Assembly (NCBI GenBank): GCA_963717935.1
Contig: CAVQXP010000004.1
Span: 1,369,280-1,433,279 of the forward strand
DNA length: 64,000 bases
Direction: 5' to 3'
From: Candidatus Eiseniibacteriota bacterium
GTDB lineage: Bacteria > Eisenbacteria > RBG-16-71-46
The position numbers and the translations under genes are program-made. The notes below the pieces were generated by a model. It saw only the letters and a list, made by a program, of their open reading frames with translations. It did not search any database and was not told the DNA's origin. Every line of letters starts with the position of its first letter. The first letter of the stretch is position 1. This document shows positions 28,567 through 38,816 of this stretch, piece by piece.

Positions 28567-29779
28567 TCCACGCCGCCACCGACAACGACATCCATCCCCC
28601 GTTGTTCGGCGGGCCGCAGCGCACCTTCGGGCTGTTGCGCGGCCTGGCCCGCCGCCACGAGGTCGAGGCGCTCTGCGTGGTCCCGAACCGGAACCAGGCC
28701 CCGCGCGAGGAGCGCGCGGCGGGGGTGAGGATCCTGCGCCGCAAGGCCTGGTACACGAGCGCGGTGTGGCGGCTCGAACAGGCGCGGCTCGCGCCCATGT
28801 TCCTCGCCGCCGCCGGGCACACGCTCGCGGCGGGGCGCCTGGCGCGCGCCTTCTCGGCGCCCGCGGAGGCGCTGCTGGCCGACCTGAATCTGAGCGGGCT
28901 GTTCGGTGCGGACCCGGCCCCGCTGAAGGTCTACACGGCGCACAACGTCGAGTTCGACCATTTCCGCACGGCTCGCGCCGAGGTGGTGGGGCCTGCGTTC
29001 TGGGGCGCGCGCCTGCGCGCCCTCGAGACGCGCGCGGTGGAGCGCGCCGGCCTCACCGTGGTGTGCGGCGACGAGGACGCGGCGCGGCTGCGGGAGCTCT
29101 ACGGGGCCCGCGACGAGTCGCTGGCCGTCATCCCGAACGGCTTCGACGAGACCGCGGTCCACGCGCCGTCCCCCGAAGAGCGCGCGCGGGCGCGCGCGGC
29201 CCTCGGCCTGGGCGAGCGCGAGTACGCGGCGCTCTTCGTGGGCTCGGACTTCCCCCACAACCGTGCGGCGCTCGCCTGGCTCATGGACCGCGTCATGCCG
29301 CCGCTGGCGGGCGAGGGCTTCCGGTTGCTGGTCGCGGGCTCGGTCACGCGCTCGCTCGCCGGGCGGCGCGAGGGCTGGCTGCTCGCGCGGCCCGAGACGC
29401 CGGACCTCGCGCCGATGCTCCAGGCTGCGGACGCGGGCCTCAACCCGGTGACCAGCGGCGGTGGCAGCAACGTGAAGCTCCCGACCTATCTGGCGGCCGG
29501 GCTCGCGGTGCTGAGCACGCCCTTCGGGTTGCGTGGCTTCGCGTCACTCAAACCCTGGGTCGTGACTGCGGGATTGGAGGGGCTGACCGAGGCGCTGCGC
29601 ACGCGCCCGGCCGGCTGGCTGGCGCGCGGACTGCCGATGCCGGTCGAGGTGGTGGAGCACGCCTGGGGCCGGCTGGGCGAGCGGTTGGGCGAGATGCTGG
29701 AAGCGAAGCGACGGGGCAAGGACATCCACACCGCCCGTGGGGGCCCCTCGGCGTCCGCGGTGGGGGGGCGGGCGCATGA
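28560..29779 (+). CDS. Glycosyltransferase family 4; 3' end ambiguous because a G7 homopolymer (29762-29768) leaves the frame open to 31028 (predicted stop TGA 29777-29779 if the run were G8)
   Basis: GGGAGG RBS + ATG 28560; GT4 domain occupies first ~400 aa of the 822-aa ORF 28560..31028, remainder is Arg-rich out-of-frame read of the next gene. Confidence 0.7.
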
Positions 29780-30903
29780 GAATCGCGATGATCGGGCAGA
29801 AGGGCATCCCGGCCACCTACGGCGGCATCGAGCGCCACGTCGAGGAGATCGCGCGACGGCTCGCGGCCATGGGACACCAGGTGGACGTCTTCTGCCGGCT
29901 TCACTACACGGCGCCGGGGACGACCTGCCACGGCGTCCGCCTGCTGCGGCGTCCGAGTGTGCACACCAAGCACTTCGACACCCTGACGCACGTGGTCTGG
30001 GCCACGGCCGAGTCCATGATGCGACGTTACGACATCGTCCAGTTCCACGCCCTGGGCCCGTCGGTGTTCGCGTGGCTGCCGCGTCTGAGCGGGGCCCGCA
30101 CCGTGGTCACCGTGCACGGCCTCGACTGGCAGCGCGAGAAGTGGGGCATGGTTGCGTCGTGGTTCCTCAAGCAGTGCGAGGGGCCGGCCGCGCATTTCCC
30201 GGACCGCACCATCGTGGTCTCGAAGACGCTGCGCGACTACTTCAACGCCCACCACCACTGCGACGCCGCGTTCATCCCCAACGGCACGAACCTGCTGCCG
30301 GCGCGCCCGGCGCGCAGGATCCTGCAACTCGGGCTCACGCCCGGCAAGTACGTGCTCTTCGTCGGGCGCCTGGTGCCCGAGAAGGGCGTGCACTTCCTGT
30401 GCGAGGCGTTCTCGAAGATCGACACCGACATGAAGCTCGCGCTGGTGGGGGGCACCGCGGCCTCCGAGGACTACGTCAACCTCATCCGGGGCTACGAGAG
30501 CGACCGCATCCGGCTGCTCGACTACGTCTACGGCGAGGGGCTCGAGGAGCTGTGGAGCAACGCCTACCTGGTGGTGCAGCCCTCCACCATGGAGGGGCTC
30601 TCGATCGCGTTGCTCGAGGCGCTCTCCTACGGGCGCTGCGTGCTGCTCTCGGACATCCCCGAGAACCTGGAGGTGGCCGAGGAGTGCGCCGTGCCGTTCA
30701 AGAGCCGCGACGTGGAGGACCTGCGTGTCAAACTCGAGGCGCTGCTGCGCGACCCCGCCCTGGTGAAGAGCTTCGAGTCGAAGGCGCAGGAGCACATCCG
30801 CCAGCACTACTCGTGGGACCGCGTGGCGAAGAACACCGAGACCGTCTACCTGGACCTGCTCGGGGGCCGCCGCCGGCGCGGCCAAGAGCGCCTCACAGAA
30901 TGA
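29776..30903 (+). CDS. Glycosyltransferase family 4
   Basis: ATG 29776 (MRIAMIGQKGIPATYGGIERHVEEIARRLAAMGHQVDVFC...), EX7E region STMEGLSIALLEALSYGRCVLLSD; 375 aa. Confidence 0.85.
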   Translation: MRIAMIGQKGIPATYGGIERHVEEIARRLAAMGHQVDVFCRLHYTAPGTTCHGVRLLRRPSVHTKHFDTLTHVVWATAESMMRRYDIVQFHALGPSVFAWLPRLSGARTVVTVHGLDWQREKWGMVASWFLKQCEGPAAHFPDRTIVVSKTLRDYFNAHHHCDAAFIPNGTNLLPARPARRILQLGLTPGKYVLFVGRLVPEKGVHFLCEAFSKIDTDMKLALVGGTAASEDYVNLIRGYESDRIRLLDYVYGEGLEELWSNAYLVVQPSTMEGLSIALLEALSYGRCVLLSDIPENLEVAEECAVPFKSRDVEDLRVKLEALLRDPALVKSFESKAQEHIRQHYSWDRVAKNTETVYLDLLGGRRRRGQERLTE

Positions 30904-31089
30904 GTGCAGGCGGGCCTGCAGGGCGGACGCCTGGCGCTCGTGCGCGAGGCGCCGCTCCGGCTGCCGGTCTGCGGATGCAGCAGCAACCTGCGTGGTTTGC
31001 GAGCGGCTGCGCCGCCACGGTACGATAGCCGCTGTCCCCCTTCGACTGACGAATCCACATTCCACACTCAGGCGTATGGGGGTCGCACG

Positions 31090-32715
31090 TTGTCCGATGA
31101 TTCTCTTGCGGGCGATTCGCGCTCGCTCGGCAGGCGCAGACGGCCGCTCCTTCTCCGGATTGCGCCTCCCATTCTCCTGTTTGTCATGTTCATGGGTTTG
31201 TATGGAACAGTCCGATCAAATCAGCTGACCCAGGACTCGATGACCTACGCGGCTTCGGTCATCCAGCCGGACACGGCCTTTTTTCACCCGCATCACATCC
31301 TATACAACGGCGCCATGCGGATGGCCTTCCTCGGTGCTGCACCTTGGCTGAACGGCCCGGACGCCCGACTCCGCTTCCTGCAGTACGTGAACATCTCGCT
31401 CAGTGCGTTGCTTCCTGTCGTCGTCTACGCAGTTTGCATGACCATCGGGGTGCAGATACTGCTCTCGCTGGGGTCAGCCCTGTTGTTTGGGCTGTCCTCG
31501 GCCTTCTCCGTCTACAGTTCGCAAATCGAAGTCTACAATGTGACCGCTCTCTGTCTTTCGCTTGCCGTCCTAGGTCTGACCACGAGAGGTGGATGGCGAG
31601 GTCTCCTCGTTCCTGCGGGATATGCACTCGCGATGTGTTTCCACCAGACCGCGCTCTTCTTCGGACTGGCCATCCTGATTACGCATCTCCTGGCCGCGGA
31701 GAAGCAGCGCATGTGGATGCGGCTGTTGCGGGATCTTGTCGTCCCGCTGCTGGCCGTCGGAACCGTTTGCGCGGTCGTGGGTACGAGCCTTGGTCATGCG
31801 AGCCCAAGAGCCCTTTGGGCCTGGCTCACAACCTATGCGCACCTGGGAATCTGGGGCACGACGGGGCTGTCGATCCAGACCCTGCGCGCCGCGTGGATCG
31901 GCGGGCGAAGCGCATTCATCGATAGCCCCGGTCACCTGCAAAACTACCTTCTTGTCGTGCTCTTGGGACTTTATGTGGCGGTCAGTCTTGTTGGTGAGGG
32001 GAAGCGTACGATCGCAGAACGTAAGTTCGTGGTCGCGCTGTTAGCATGGTGGATTGTCTCGGCGGTGTTCAATGTGTGGTGGGATGGGGGGAACCGCGAG
32101 TTCTGGATACTGCCGACGCTCGCGGCCGTTGTCCTTCTGGCAGCCATCGATGGGGGTGGGGCGGGGATGAAGAGCCTGTGGGTTCGCAGCACCCGGTCCG
32201 TGATGCTGATTCTCTGCCTCCCTCTGCTGCTGACTTCCTACGTTATGCACTATAGGTCAAACCAGCGGCCGAACGAATTCAGGGCGACTGCCCTGGTCTG
32301 CGCGGAGGTCATGCGCGACGGCGACATGATGCTCGCCGTCGGCGGGGACCGTGCCGCATACTACCGCGTGTACCTGATTCCCCGACGAATCGACGTCGCG
32401 ACCTTGAACGGCTACGATGTCGCTGGCGTTGCCTTGCGAAGAGGGACCCAGGAGGCGTTCACCCGCGCGTTGCTCGACGTCATCGCTGAGAGGATCGGGG
32501 CGACCACGTCCCGCGGGGGCCGGGCCTTCGTTGATTCGTGGATTCAGGGAGGGGATCTGCCTACGACCCGGTTGGTCAGAGATTTGGACGTCCCGGCGTT
32601 CATGGTCGGCCTGGACGAACGGTTTGTTCTGGAGCCTGTCCACCGCGAGGGGGGGGCTCTGATCTACAGAGTTCTGGCGAAGAAGAGCGGACCGGGGCCT
32701 CTCGGCGGCCGATGA
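31090..32715 (+). CDS. Polytopic membrane protein, GT-C-like (putative polyprenyl-P-sugar-dependent glycosyltransferase/polymerase); start uncertain
   Basis: ≥10 TM helices in ORF 30904..32715; first ~60 codons non-protein-like, candidate TTG start 31090 after GGGGGT; family not resolved. Confidence 0.45.
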   Translation: MSDDSLAGDSRSLGRRRRPLLLRIAPPILLFVMFMGLYGTVRSNQLTQDSMTYAASVIQPDTAFFHPHHILYNGAMRMAFLGAAPWLNGPDARLRFLQYVNISLSALLPVVVYAVCMTIGVQILLSLGSALLFGLSSAFSVYSSQIEVYNVTALCLSLAVLGLTTRGGWRGLLVPAGYALAMCFHQTALFFGLAILITHLLAAEKQRMWMRLLRDLVVPLLAVGTVCAVVGTSLGHASPRALWAWLTTYAHLGIWGTTGLSIQTLRAAWIGGRSAFIDSPGHLQNYLLVVLLGLYVAVSLVGEGKRTIAERKFVVALLAWWIVSAVFNVWWDGGNREFWILPTLAAVVLLAAIDGGGAGMKSLWVRSTRSVMLILCLPLLLTSYVMHYRSNQRPNEFRATALVCAEVMRDGDMMLAVGGDRAAYYRVYLIPRRIDVATLNGYDVAGVALRRGTQEAFTRALLDVIAERIGATTSRGGRAFVDSWIQGGDLPTTRLVRDLDVPAFMVGLDERFVLEPVHREGGALIYRVLAKKSGPGPLGGR

Positions 32716-32881
32716 ACGGTTTCTCCGGGCCTCCTCACCCGAGGGCAGGCGGTGAACGAGCGCAGTCCTGGAGGAAGGTGGGTCCCATCGGTTTGCGCTG
32801 TGACGCCGCGTCTGAGTCGTAGCCCGGGGATAGTGCCCCTCTCCGGAGCCTGCGCTATAGTGCGGCTGACCCGAGGTCCAA

Positions 32882-33946
32882 TTGAGCCCTTCCTCTGAGA
32901 ACCACTCTGTCCTGATCCTGGCCGGGGGCCGCGGCGAGCGCTTCTGGCCATGGAGCCGCCCCGAACGGCCGAAGCAGCTCCTCCCGCTGGCCCGCGGTGG
33001 CCGTACCCTGCTCGGTGCCACGCTCGACCGCGCCCTGCGCCTGGTCCCGCGGGAGCGCGTGCTCATCCTCACCGCGCGCGACCTGGTCGAGGCGGTGCGT
33101 GCCGAGTGCCCCGGCGTGTCCGTCGTCGGCGAGCCCGTCCCGCGCAACACGGCACCGGCCATCGGCGCGGCGGCCGCGTGGTTCCAGGGCCGCGGCTCCG
33201 GCGCTTTCATGGTGCTCCCGTCCGACCACGTCATCGACGACTTGGACGCCTTCGTCGCCGATGCCACCCGGGCCTTCGAGGCCGCCGGGAACGAGCGCAT
33301 GCTGCTCACCTTCGGCATCCCCGGCTCCCACCCCGAGACCAACTTCGGCTACATCGAGCGCGGTGCGCAGGTGGGGCCCCGGCTCCACCGCGTGGCGCGC
33401 TTCACCGAGAAGCCCGATCGCACCCGGGCCGAGCAGTACCTGGCGGGCGGGAAGCACCTCTGGAACAGCGGCATGTTCGTCTGGCGCCCCGACGTGTTCC
33501 TGGCGGCGCTCGAGGCGAGCCGGCCTGCGCTGGCTGCGCCCCTGCGCGCCATCGCGGCGGCTGCCGGCGACGAGCGCGGCTTCGAGCGGGCGCTCGATCC
33601 CGTCTTCCCGGGGCTCGAAGCGATCTCGGTGGACTACGCCGTGCTCGAGCACGCGCCCAACACGCTCGTGCTCGAGGCCGCCTTCGACTGGGACGACCTG
33701 GGCTCGTGGGGCGCCTGGGCGCGCCGCCAGCCCCGCGACGGGCACGGCAACGTGCTCTTCGGCGACGCCGTGGCTGTGGACTGCCGCTCCTGCATCGTGG
33801 TGGGCGAGGGTGGCACGGCCGCCGCGCTCGGTCTCGAGGACATGGTGGTCGTGCACGTGGACGGCTCGACCCTCGCGTGCCGCCTGGCGGACACCGACCG
33901 CGTGCGCAAGGTGAGCGAAGCCGTCCGCGAGCGGGGGAGGCGATGA
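32882..33946 (+). CDS. manC: Mannose-1-phosphate guanylyltransferase (nucleotidyltransferase domain only)
   Basis: VLILAGGRGERFWP...KQLLPL; 354 aa; TTG start per ORF track. Confidence 0.8.
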   Translation: MSPSSENHSVLILAGGRGERFWPWSRPERPKQLLPLARGGRTLLGATLDRALRLVPRERVLILTARDLVEAVRAECPGVSVVGEPVPRNTAPAIGAAAAWFQGRGSGAFMVLPSDHVIDDLDAFVADATRAFEAAGNERMLLTFGIPGSHPETNFGYIERGAQVGPRLHRVARFTEKPDRTRAEQYLAGGKHLWNSGMFVWRPDVFLAALEASRPALAAPLRAIAAAAGDERGFERALDPVFPGLEAISVDYAVLEHAPNTLVLEAAFDWDDLGSWGAWARRQPRDGHGNVLFGDAVAVDCRSCIVVGEGGTAAALGLEDMVVVHVDGSTLACRLADTDRVRKVSEAVRERGRR

Positions 33947-34653
33947 GCCGCAGCGCGCTCGGCCTGGCGCCTGTCCTGGCGCTGGGGGCGCTGCTTGCGC
34001 TGGCCGGATGCGCGAGCGTGCCGCCGTACGCGGGCCGCGCGGCTCGCGGGCCCGCTGCGACGCCGGCGCCGCGCGAGACGCCGGCCGCGCGCCCGACGCC
34101 TTCGCCCATCGCGCCGCAACCCGTGCCGGCCGCGGTGGACACCGCGCCCTCGCGCGACGCGCTGGACGTGCTGGCCACCATCCCCGAGCCGCTCGCGCCC
34201 GAGGAGCGCGTGCCCCCGCCGGAGGTCGCATCCGCTTCGGCGGCGGAGGATTCCGGGCGCACCGACGTGCCCGTGCCGGCCCTCACGCCCGTGCTCGGCG
34301 AGCGGCCCCTGCCCGAGGTCGTGGCGTCCACGGACACGACCTCGCCGCCGGCTGCTCCCGCTCCCCGCGCGCTGGTGGATCCGCCGCCCGCGCCGGGCCT
34401 GGCCGCTCCGGCCGTGACGGACACGTGCTGGCGCGTGCAGATCGCGGCTTCGGCCGAGCGGAGGAAGGCCGAGCGCTACCTGGAGGCGGGCCGCTCCCAG
34501 CTTCTCGTTCCCCTGGTGATCGAGTCGGAGAAGGGGCTCTTCAAGGTGCGCACGCGCGACTGCCTGGACAGGCAGGCCGCTGATGGGCTGCGCCGGCGCG
34601 CGCTGGACGCCGGCTTCGACGGGGCGTTCCGTATCAGGGGGAGGAAGGCGTGA
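33943..34653 (+). CDS. SPOR-domain lipoprotein (Pro/Ala-rich linker)
   Basis: ATG 33943 overlapping manC stop, GGGGGAGG RBS; lipobox LALAGC; C-terminal SPOR-like WRVQIAASAERRKAERYL...LFKVRTRD...GFDGAFRI. Confidence 0.7.
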   Translation: MSRSALGLAPVLALGALLALAGCASVPPYAGRAARGPAATPAPRETPAARPTPSPIAPQPVPAAVDTAPSRDALDVLATIPEPLAPEERVPPPEVASASAAEDSGRTDVPVPALTPVLGERPLPEVVASTDTTSPPAAPAPRALVDPPPAPGLAAPAVTDTCWRVQIAASAERRKAERYLEAGRSQLLVPLVIESEKGLFKVRTRDCLDRQAADGLRRRALDAGFDGAFRIRGRKA

Positions 34654-35918
34654 AGCGTTTCCTGCTGCTCTACGAGGGCTCGCGCTGGGAGCGGCTGAGT
34701 CCCCTGGCGGATCTGTCGCCCGTGCCCGGCCTGCGCTTCGGCGCCTCGACCCTGGGTGCCCGCTGGGTGGGTGCGCTGGGTCTGCCGCTGCTCGCGATCG
34801 AGGCGCGTGCCGAAGTGCTGGCGGCGTGGCGCGAGCCGCTCGCGCTCGCGGGCGAGCGGCCTGCGGCGGACGACGAGGTCCTGGCCGTGAACGCGGCGGC
34901 GCTGCCCGGCGGCTGGCTCGCGGCCCTGGTCGAGGGCGGCCCGCCGACGCTCTTCGTGGCGGACGGGGAGCCGGTGGCCGCGCGCCTGCGCTTCGGCGCA
35001 CTCACGCCCTGCCTTGGCGCGGGTGCCAGCTTCGAGGCCCGGCTCGCGGACCTGGGCCTGGCGCGCGTCGAGGCGGAGGCCGACTCGCTGCGCTGGCCGT
35101 GGGACCTCGTCATCCGCAACCCCGCCGCGCTCGAGGCCGACCTCGCGCGCCTGCCCGGCCGCATCGCGGGGGCGGTGGACCCGAACGTGGCGCTGCTCGA
35201 GCGCGCGCGCATCACCGTCGAGGCCGGCGCCCGCGTGGACCCCTTCGCGGTGCTGGATGCGCGTGGTGGTCCGATCCTGATTGGTCGCGATGCCGTCGTG
35301 CTGGCGCACAGCGTGATCGTGGGGCCGTGCGTGATCGGTGCGGGCAGCCACGTGCTGGGCGGTGTGGTGGGCCACTCGACCGTGGGACCGCAGTGCCGCC
35401 TGGCCGGCGAAGTGGAGGACAGCCTCTGGCAGGGCTGGGCCAACAAGCGGCACCACGGCTTCGTGGGACACAGCGTGGTGGGCGAGTGGGTGAACCTCGG
35501 GGCGCTCACGACCACCAGTGACCTGAAGAACAACTACGGCCCGGTGCGCGTATGGGCCACGGGCGGCGAGCGCGACTCCGGCTCGAACAAGGTGGGTTCC
35601 ATCATCGGCGCCCACGTCAAGACCGGCATCGGCACGTTGCTGCCGACCGGATGCTCCATCGGCGCGGGCGCGAACCTCTTCGGCGGTGGAAGATTCGCCC
35701 CGAAACGCCTGCCCGCCTTCTCGTGGTGGGACGGCGAGCGCACGGTCGAGCACCGGCTCGAGGCCTTCCTCGAGACCGCGGCGGTCGCGATGGGCCGCCG
35801 TGGGGCCACCCTGCAGGCCGCGGACGCGGTGCTGCTGCGCGGCCTGTTCGCCGCGAGCGGCGACGAGCGGGAACGCCGGATCGCCAACGAACTCGAGACC
35901 CGGGCCGGCCGGGGCTGA
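34650..35918 (+). CDS. GlgC/GlgD-like ADP-glucose pyrophosphorylase-family protein with degenerate N-terminal nucleotide-binding motif and C-terminal left-handed beta-helix
   Basis: 422 aa; N-terminal segment GSRWERLSPLADLSPVPGLRFGAS resembles GlgC's GGRGTRL...PAVPFGG motif but the catalytic Gly/Arg/Lys positions are substituted; C-terminal hexapeptide repeats. Confidence 0.45.
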   Translation: MKRFLLLYEGSRWERLSPLADLSPVPGLRFGASTLGARWVGALGLPLLAIEARAEVLAAWREPLALAGERPAADDEVLAVNAAALPGGWLAALVEGGPPTLFVADGEPVAARLRFGALTPCLGAGASFEARLADLGLARVEAEADSLRWPWDLVIRNPAALEADLARLPGRIAGAVDPNVALLERARITVEAGARVDPFAVLDARGGPILIGRDAVVLAHSVIVGPCVIGAGSHVLGGVVGHSTVGPQCRLAGEVEDSLWQGWANKRHHGFVGHSVVGEWVNLGALTTTSDLKNNYGPVRVWATGGERDSGSNKVGSIIGAHVKTGIGTLLPTGCSIGAGANLFGGGRFAPKRLPAFSWWDGERTVEHRLEAFLETAAVAMGRRGATLQAADAVLLRGLFAASGDERERRIANELETRAGRG

Positions 35919-36071
35919 GGCTGTCAGCCGAAGACGCGGCCCGCGACGACCTTGACCGGAAAGCGTCCGCATCACTAAACTGCAGCGCACTTCCTGGCAC
36001 CCGGCTCCCCGGTCGGGCCCTGGATGGGTCGGGCCGCGGACGGCGGCATTCGTGGAACTTCGGAGAGCCTC

Positions 36072-37085
36072 ATGCCGGAATTGCGCAAGGATCCGGTGGT
36101 TGGCCGGTGGGTGATCATCTCCACCGATCGCAGCCGCCGTCCCACGAACTTCACCCCGGTCCGCGTCGAGAAGACCACGAACTTCTGTCCCTTCTGCCCC
36201 GGGCAGGAGGACAAGACCCCACCCGAGGTCTACGCCTGCCGCCAGGACGGCGGTGGCCCCAACAGCACGGGCTGGAAGGTCCGGGTCGTCCCGAACAAGT
36301 TCCCGGCCCTGCAGATCGAGGGGGCTCTCGACCGTCGCGGCGAGGGGCTCTACGACAAGATGAACGGGGTGGGCGCTCACGAGGTCGTGATCGAGGGGCC
36401 CGCGCACGGTCTGGACCTCGCGGACCTTCCGTTGGAGCACCTGGTGGAGGTGCTCAAGGCCTACCGCGAGCGCATGATGGACCTGCACCGCGACCGGCGC
36501 TTCCGCTACGTCCTCATCTTCAAGAACCACGGTGCCGGCGCTGGCGCCACGCTCGAGCACACGCACACCCAGCTCATCGCCACGCCCATCATCCCGAAGA
36601 TCCTGATGGAGGAGCTGGAGGGGGCGCGACGCTACCATGAACTCAAGGAACGCTGCGTGTTCTGCGACATCATCCAGCAGGACACCGCGGACCACAACGG
36701 GCGGCGCGTCGTGGCGATGAACGACCGCTTCCTCACCATCGAACCCTTCGCCCCGCGTTTCCCGTTCGAGACCTGGATCCTGCCGCGCCGCCACGACTCG
36801 TCGTTCCAGGTCGTGCAGGACGACGACGAATTCAAGGACCTCGCGAGGATCCTCAAGGACACGCTGGGGCGGCTCAACCGCGCACTCGACCGGCCACCTT
36901 ACAACTTCGTGATCCACACCGCCCCGGTGACCGAGGGTGAGCTGGAGTACTTCCACTGGCATCTCGAGATCATGCCCGTGCTGACGCGGGTGGCGGGCTT
37001 CGAGATCGGCTCGGGCTTCTACATCAACCCGACCCCGCCCGAGGACGCCGCGCAGTACCTGAGGGAGATCGCGGTCGAAGACTGA
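36072..37085 (+). CDS. galT: Galactose-1-phosphate uridylyltransferase (HIT-family GalT)
   Basis: ATG 36072 with GGAGAG RBS inside ORF 36024..37085; CPFCPG zinc motif, HTHTQ histidine motif. Confidence 0.85.
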   Translation: MPELRKDPVVGRWVIISTDRSRRPTNFTPVRVEKTTNFCPFCPGQEDKTPPEVYACRQDGGGPNSTGWKVRVVPNKFPALQIEGALDRRGEGLYDKMNGVGAHEVVIEGPAHGLDLADLPLEHLVEVLKAYRERMMDLHRDRRFRYVLIFKNHGAGAGATLEHTHTQLIATPIIPKILMEELEGARRYHELKERCVFCDIIQQDTADHNGRRVVAMNDRFLTIEPFAPRFPFETWILPRRHDSSFQVVQDDDEFKDLARILKDTLGRLNRALDRPPYNFVIHTAPVTEGELEYFHWHLEIMPVLTRVAGFEIGSGFYINPTPPEDAAQYLREIAVED

Positions 37086-37128
37086 CCGGCCTTCCGGGAC
37101 CTCCGTTGCCCCACTCCAGCCGCAGGAC

Positions 37129-38679
37129 ATGAGCCGCTCCGCTCTGGCGGTGGTGCATCTCGCGAGCGAGATGGCGCCGCTCGTGAAGGTCGGCGGGCTT
37201 GGCGACGTGGTCGGTTCGCTTGCTGCAGAGCAGGCGGGGCGCGGGCACCGCGTCACGGTCTGCGTGCCCGCCTATCGCGCGCTGGCGGTCCCCGAGGGCT
37301 GGACGCGCGAGGTGCTGGCCGGCGCCGACGTGCCGTGGGGGATGGGCCGCGAACGCGCCCGCTTCGAGTTGCTGCACTCCCCGTCCCGCGCCGACGCTCC
37401 GGGCTCGTTGCGCGTGCTGTTGGTCGGACATGCCGGCGAGCGGCGCTTCTTCGAGCGGCCGGGCATCTACACCGAGCCCGCGACCGGGGCCGGCTACCCC
37501 GACAACGCCGAGCGCTTCCTGTTCTTCGCGCGCGCCGCCCTCGAGGGCCTCAAGGCCCTCGGCGAGCCGGTGGACGTGCTGCACGCCCACGATCAACAGG
37601 CGGCCTGGGCGCCCTGCTTCGTGCGCACCCTCGAAAAGCGTGCCCGGATCTTCCGTGGTTCCGCCACCGTCTTCACCATCCACAACCTCGGCTACCAGGG
37701 CATCCACGACCCGTGGGTGCTGGGGCTGGCGGGTTTCCCGGGGCACCTCTTCCACGCCGCGAGTCCGTTCGAGTTCTGGGGACGTGTCAACTACATGAAG
37801 GTCGGGCTCGCCTTCGCCGACCTGCTCTCGACCGTGAGCCCGCGCTACGCGCAGGAGATCCAGCAGGACGGCGAGTACGGTTTCGGCCTCGAGGGCGTTC
37901 TGCAGCGCCGTGGCGCGGACCTGCGTGGCATCCTCAACGGCATCGACGACGTGGTCTGGGACCCGGCGCGCGACCCGTACCTGACGCGGCCCTACGACCG
38001 CGAGCACCTCGAAGGCAAGCGTGCCAGCCACGGGGCGTTGGCGGCCGAGTGCGACTTCGCGCCGGGCCGGCCCATCGTCGGCATGGTCACGCGACTCGTG
38101 GACCAGAAGGGCCTCGACCTGGTCGAGCAGGCCGCAGCGGAGCTGCTCGAACTCAACGCGAACTATGTCGTGCTGGGCTACGGCCAGTCGCGCTACGAAG
38201 AGCTGCTGGAGGGCCTCATGCTCGAGCATCCCGACCGGGTGCACCACTGTGCCCGGCAGGACGAGCGGCTCGCGCACCTGATCGAGGCCGGCGCCGACCT
38301 GTTCCTGATGCCCTCACGCTACGAGCCGTGCGGCTTGAACCAGATGTACTCGCTGCGCTACGGCACGGTCCCGGTGGTGCGCGAGACCGGGGGGCTGGCG
38401 GACACCGTGGAGGAGTTCGACCTGGGCTCCCGGCAGGGCACGGGCTTCCTCTTCGGCCCTTACGAGCCCGAGGCCATGGTGGGCGCGCTCAAGCGCGCGC
38501 TCGCCATCCAGAAGCAGCCGGAGCTGTGGCAGGCCCTGCAGCGTAACGGCATGGCCCGTGATTTCTCCTGGCGCGCCAGCGCCGACGGCTACGACCGGCT
38601 CTACGAGGACGCGCTCGAGCGGGTGCGTGCCGGGACGGTGCCCACGCTCGAATCGGTGAAGGCGACGCTCAAGGTCTGA
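37129..38679 (+). CDS. glgA: Glycogen/starch synthase (ADP-glucose type, GT5)
   Basis: 516 aa; MAPLVKVGGLGDVVGSL N-terminal KXGGL motif; full-length conservation. Confidence 0.9.
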   Translation: MSRSALAVVHLASEMAPLVKVGGLGDVVGSLAAEQAGRGHRVTVCVPAYRALAVPEGWTREVLAGADVPWGMGRERARFELLHSPSRADAPGSLRVLLVGHAGERRFFERPGIYTEPATGAGYPDNAERFLFFARAALEGLKALGEPVDVLHAHDQQAAWAPCFVRTLEKRARIFRGSATVFTIHNLGYQGIHDPWVLGLAGFPGHLFHAASPFEFWGRVNYMKVGLAFADLLSTVSPRYAQEIQQDGEYGFGLEGVLQRRGADLRGILNGIDDVVWDPARDPYLTRPYDREHLEGKRASHGALAAECDFAPGRPIVGMVTRLVDQKGLDLVEQAAAELLELNANYVVLGYGQSRYEELLEGLMLEHPDRVHHCARQDERLAHLIEAGADLFLMPSRYEPCGLNQMYSLRYGTVPVVRETGGLADTVEEFDLGSRQGTGFLFGPYEPEAMVGALKRALAIQKQPELWQALQRNGMARDFSWRASADGYDRLYEDALERVRAGTVPTLESVKATLKV

Positions 38680-38816
38680 GGAGCGCGGGCGTCACCCGGG
38701 GCCGTGGACCGGCCGGAGCCGGGGCGCGACCCGTGCCGGGGCCTGTATCTGCTCCGCCTCCGCCACGGGGAGCACGCAGCCGTCCGAATGGTGACCGTCG
38801 CTCGGCAGAGGATCGG

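Noticed and set aside
28560-31028. 822-aa ORF as a genuine giant glycosyltransferase
   Set aside because: C-terminal 420 aa are an Arg-rich out-of-frame read of the next GT4 gene; explained by the G7 tract
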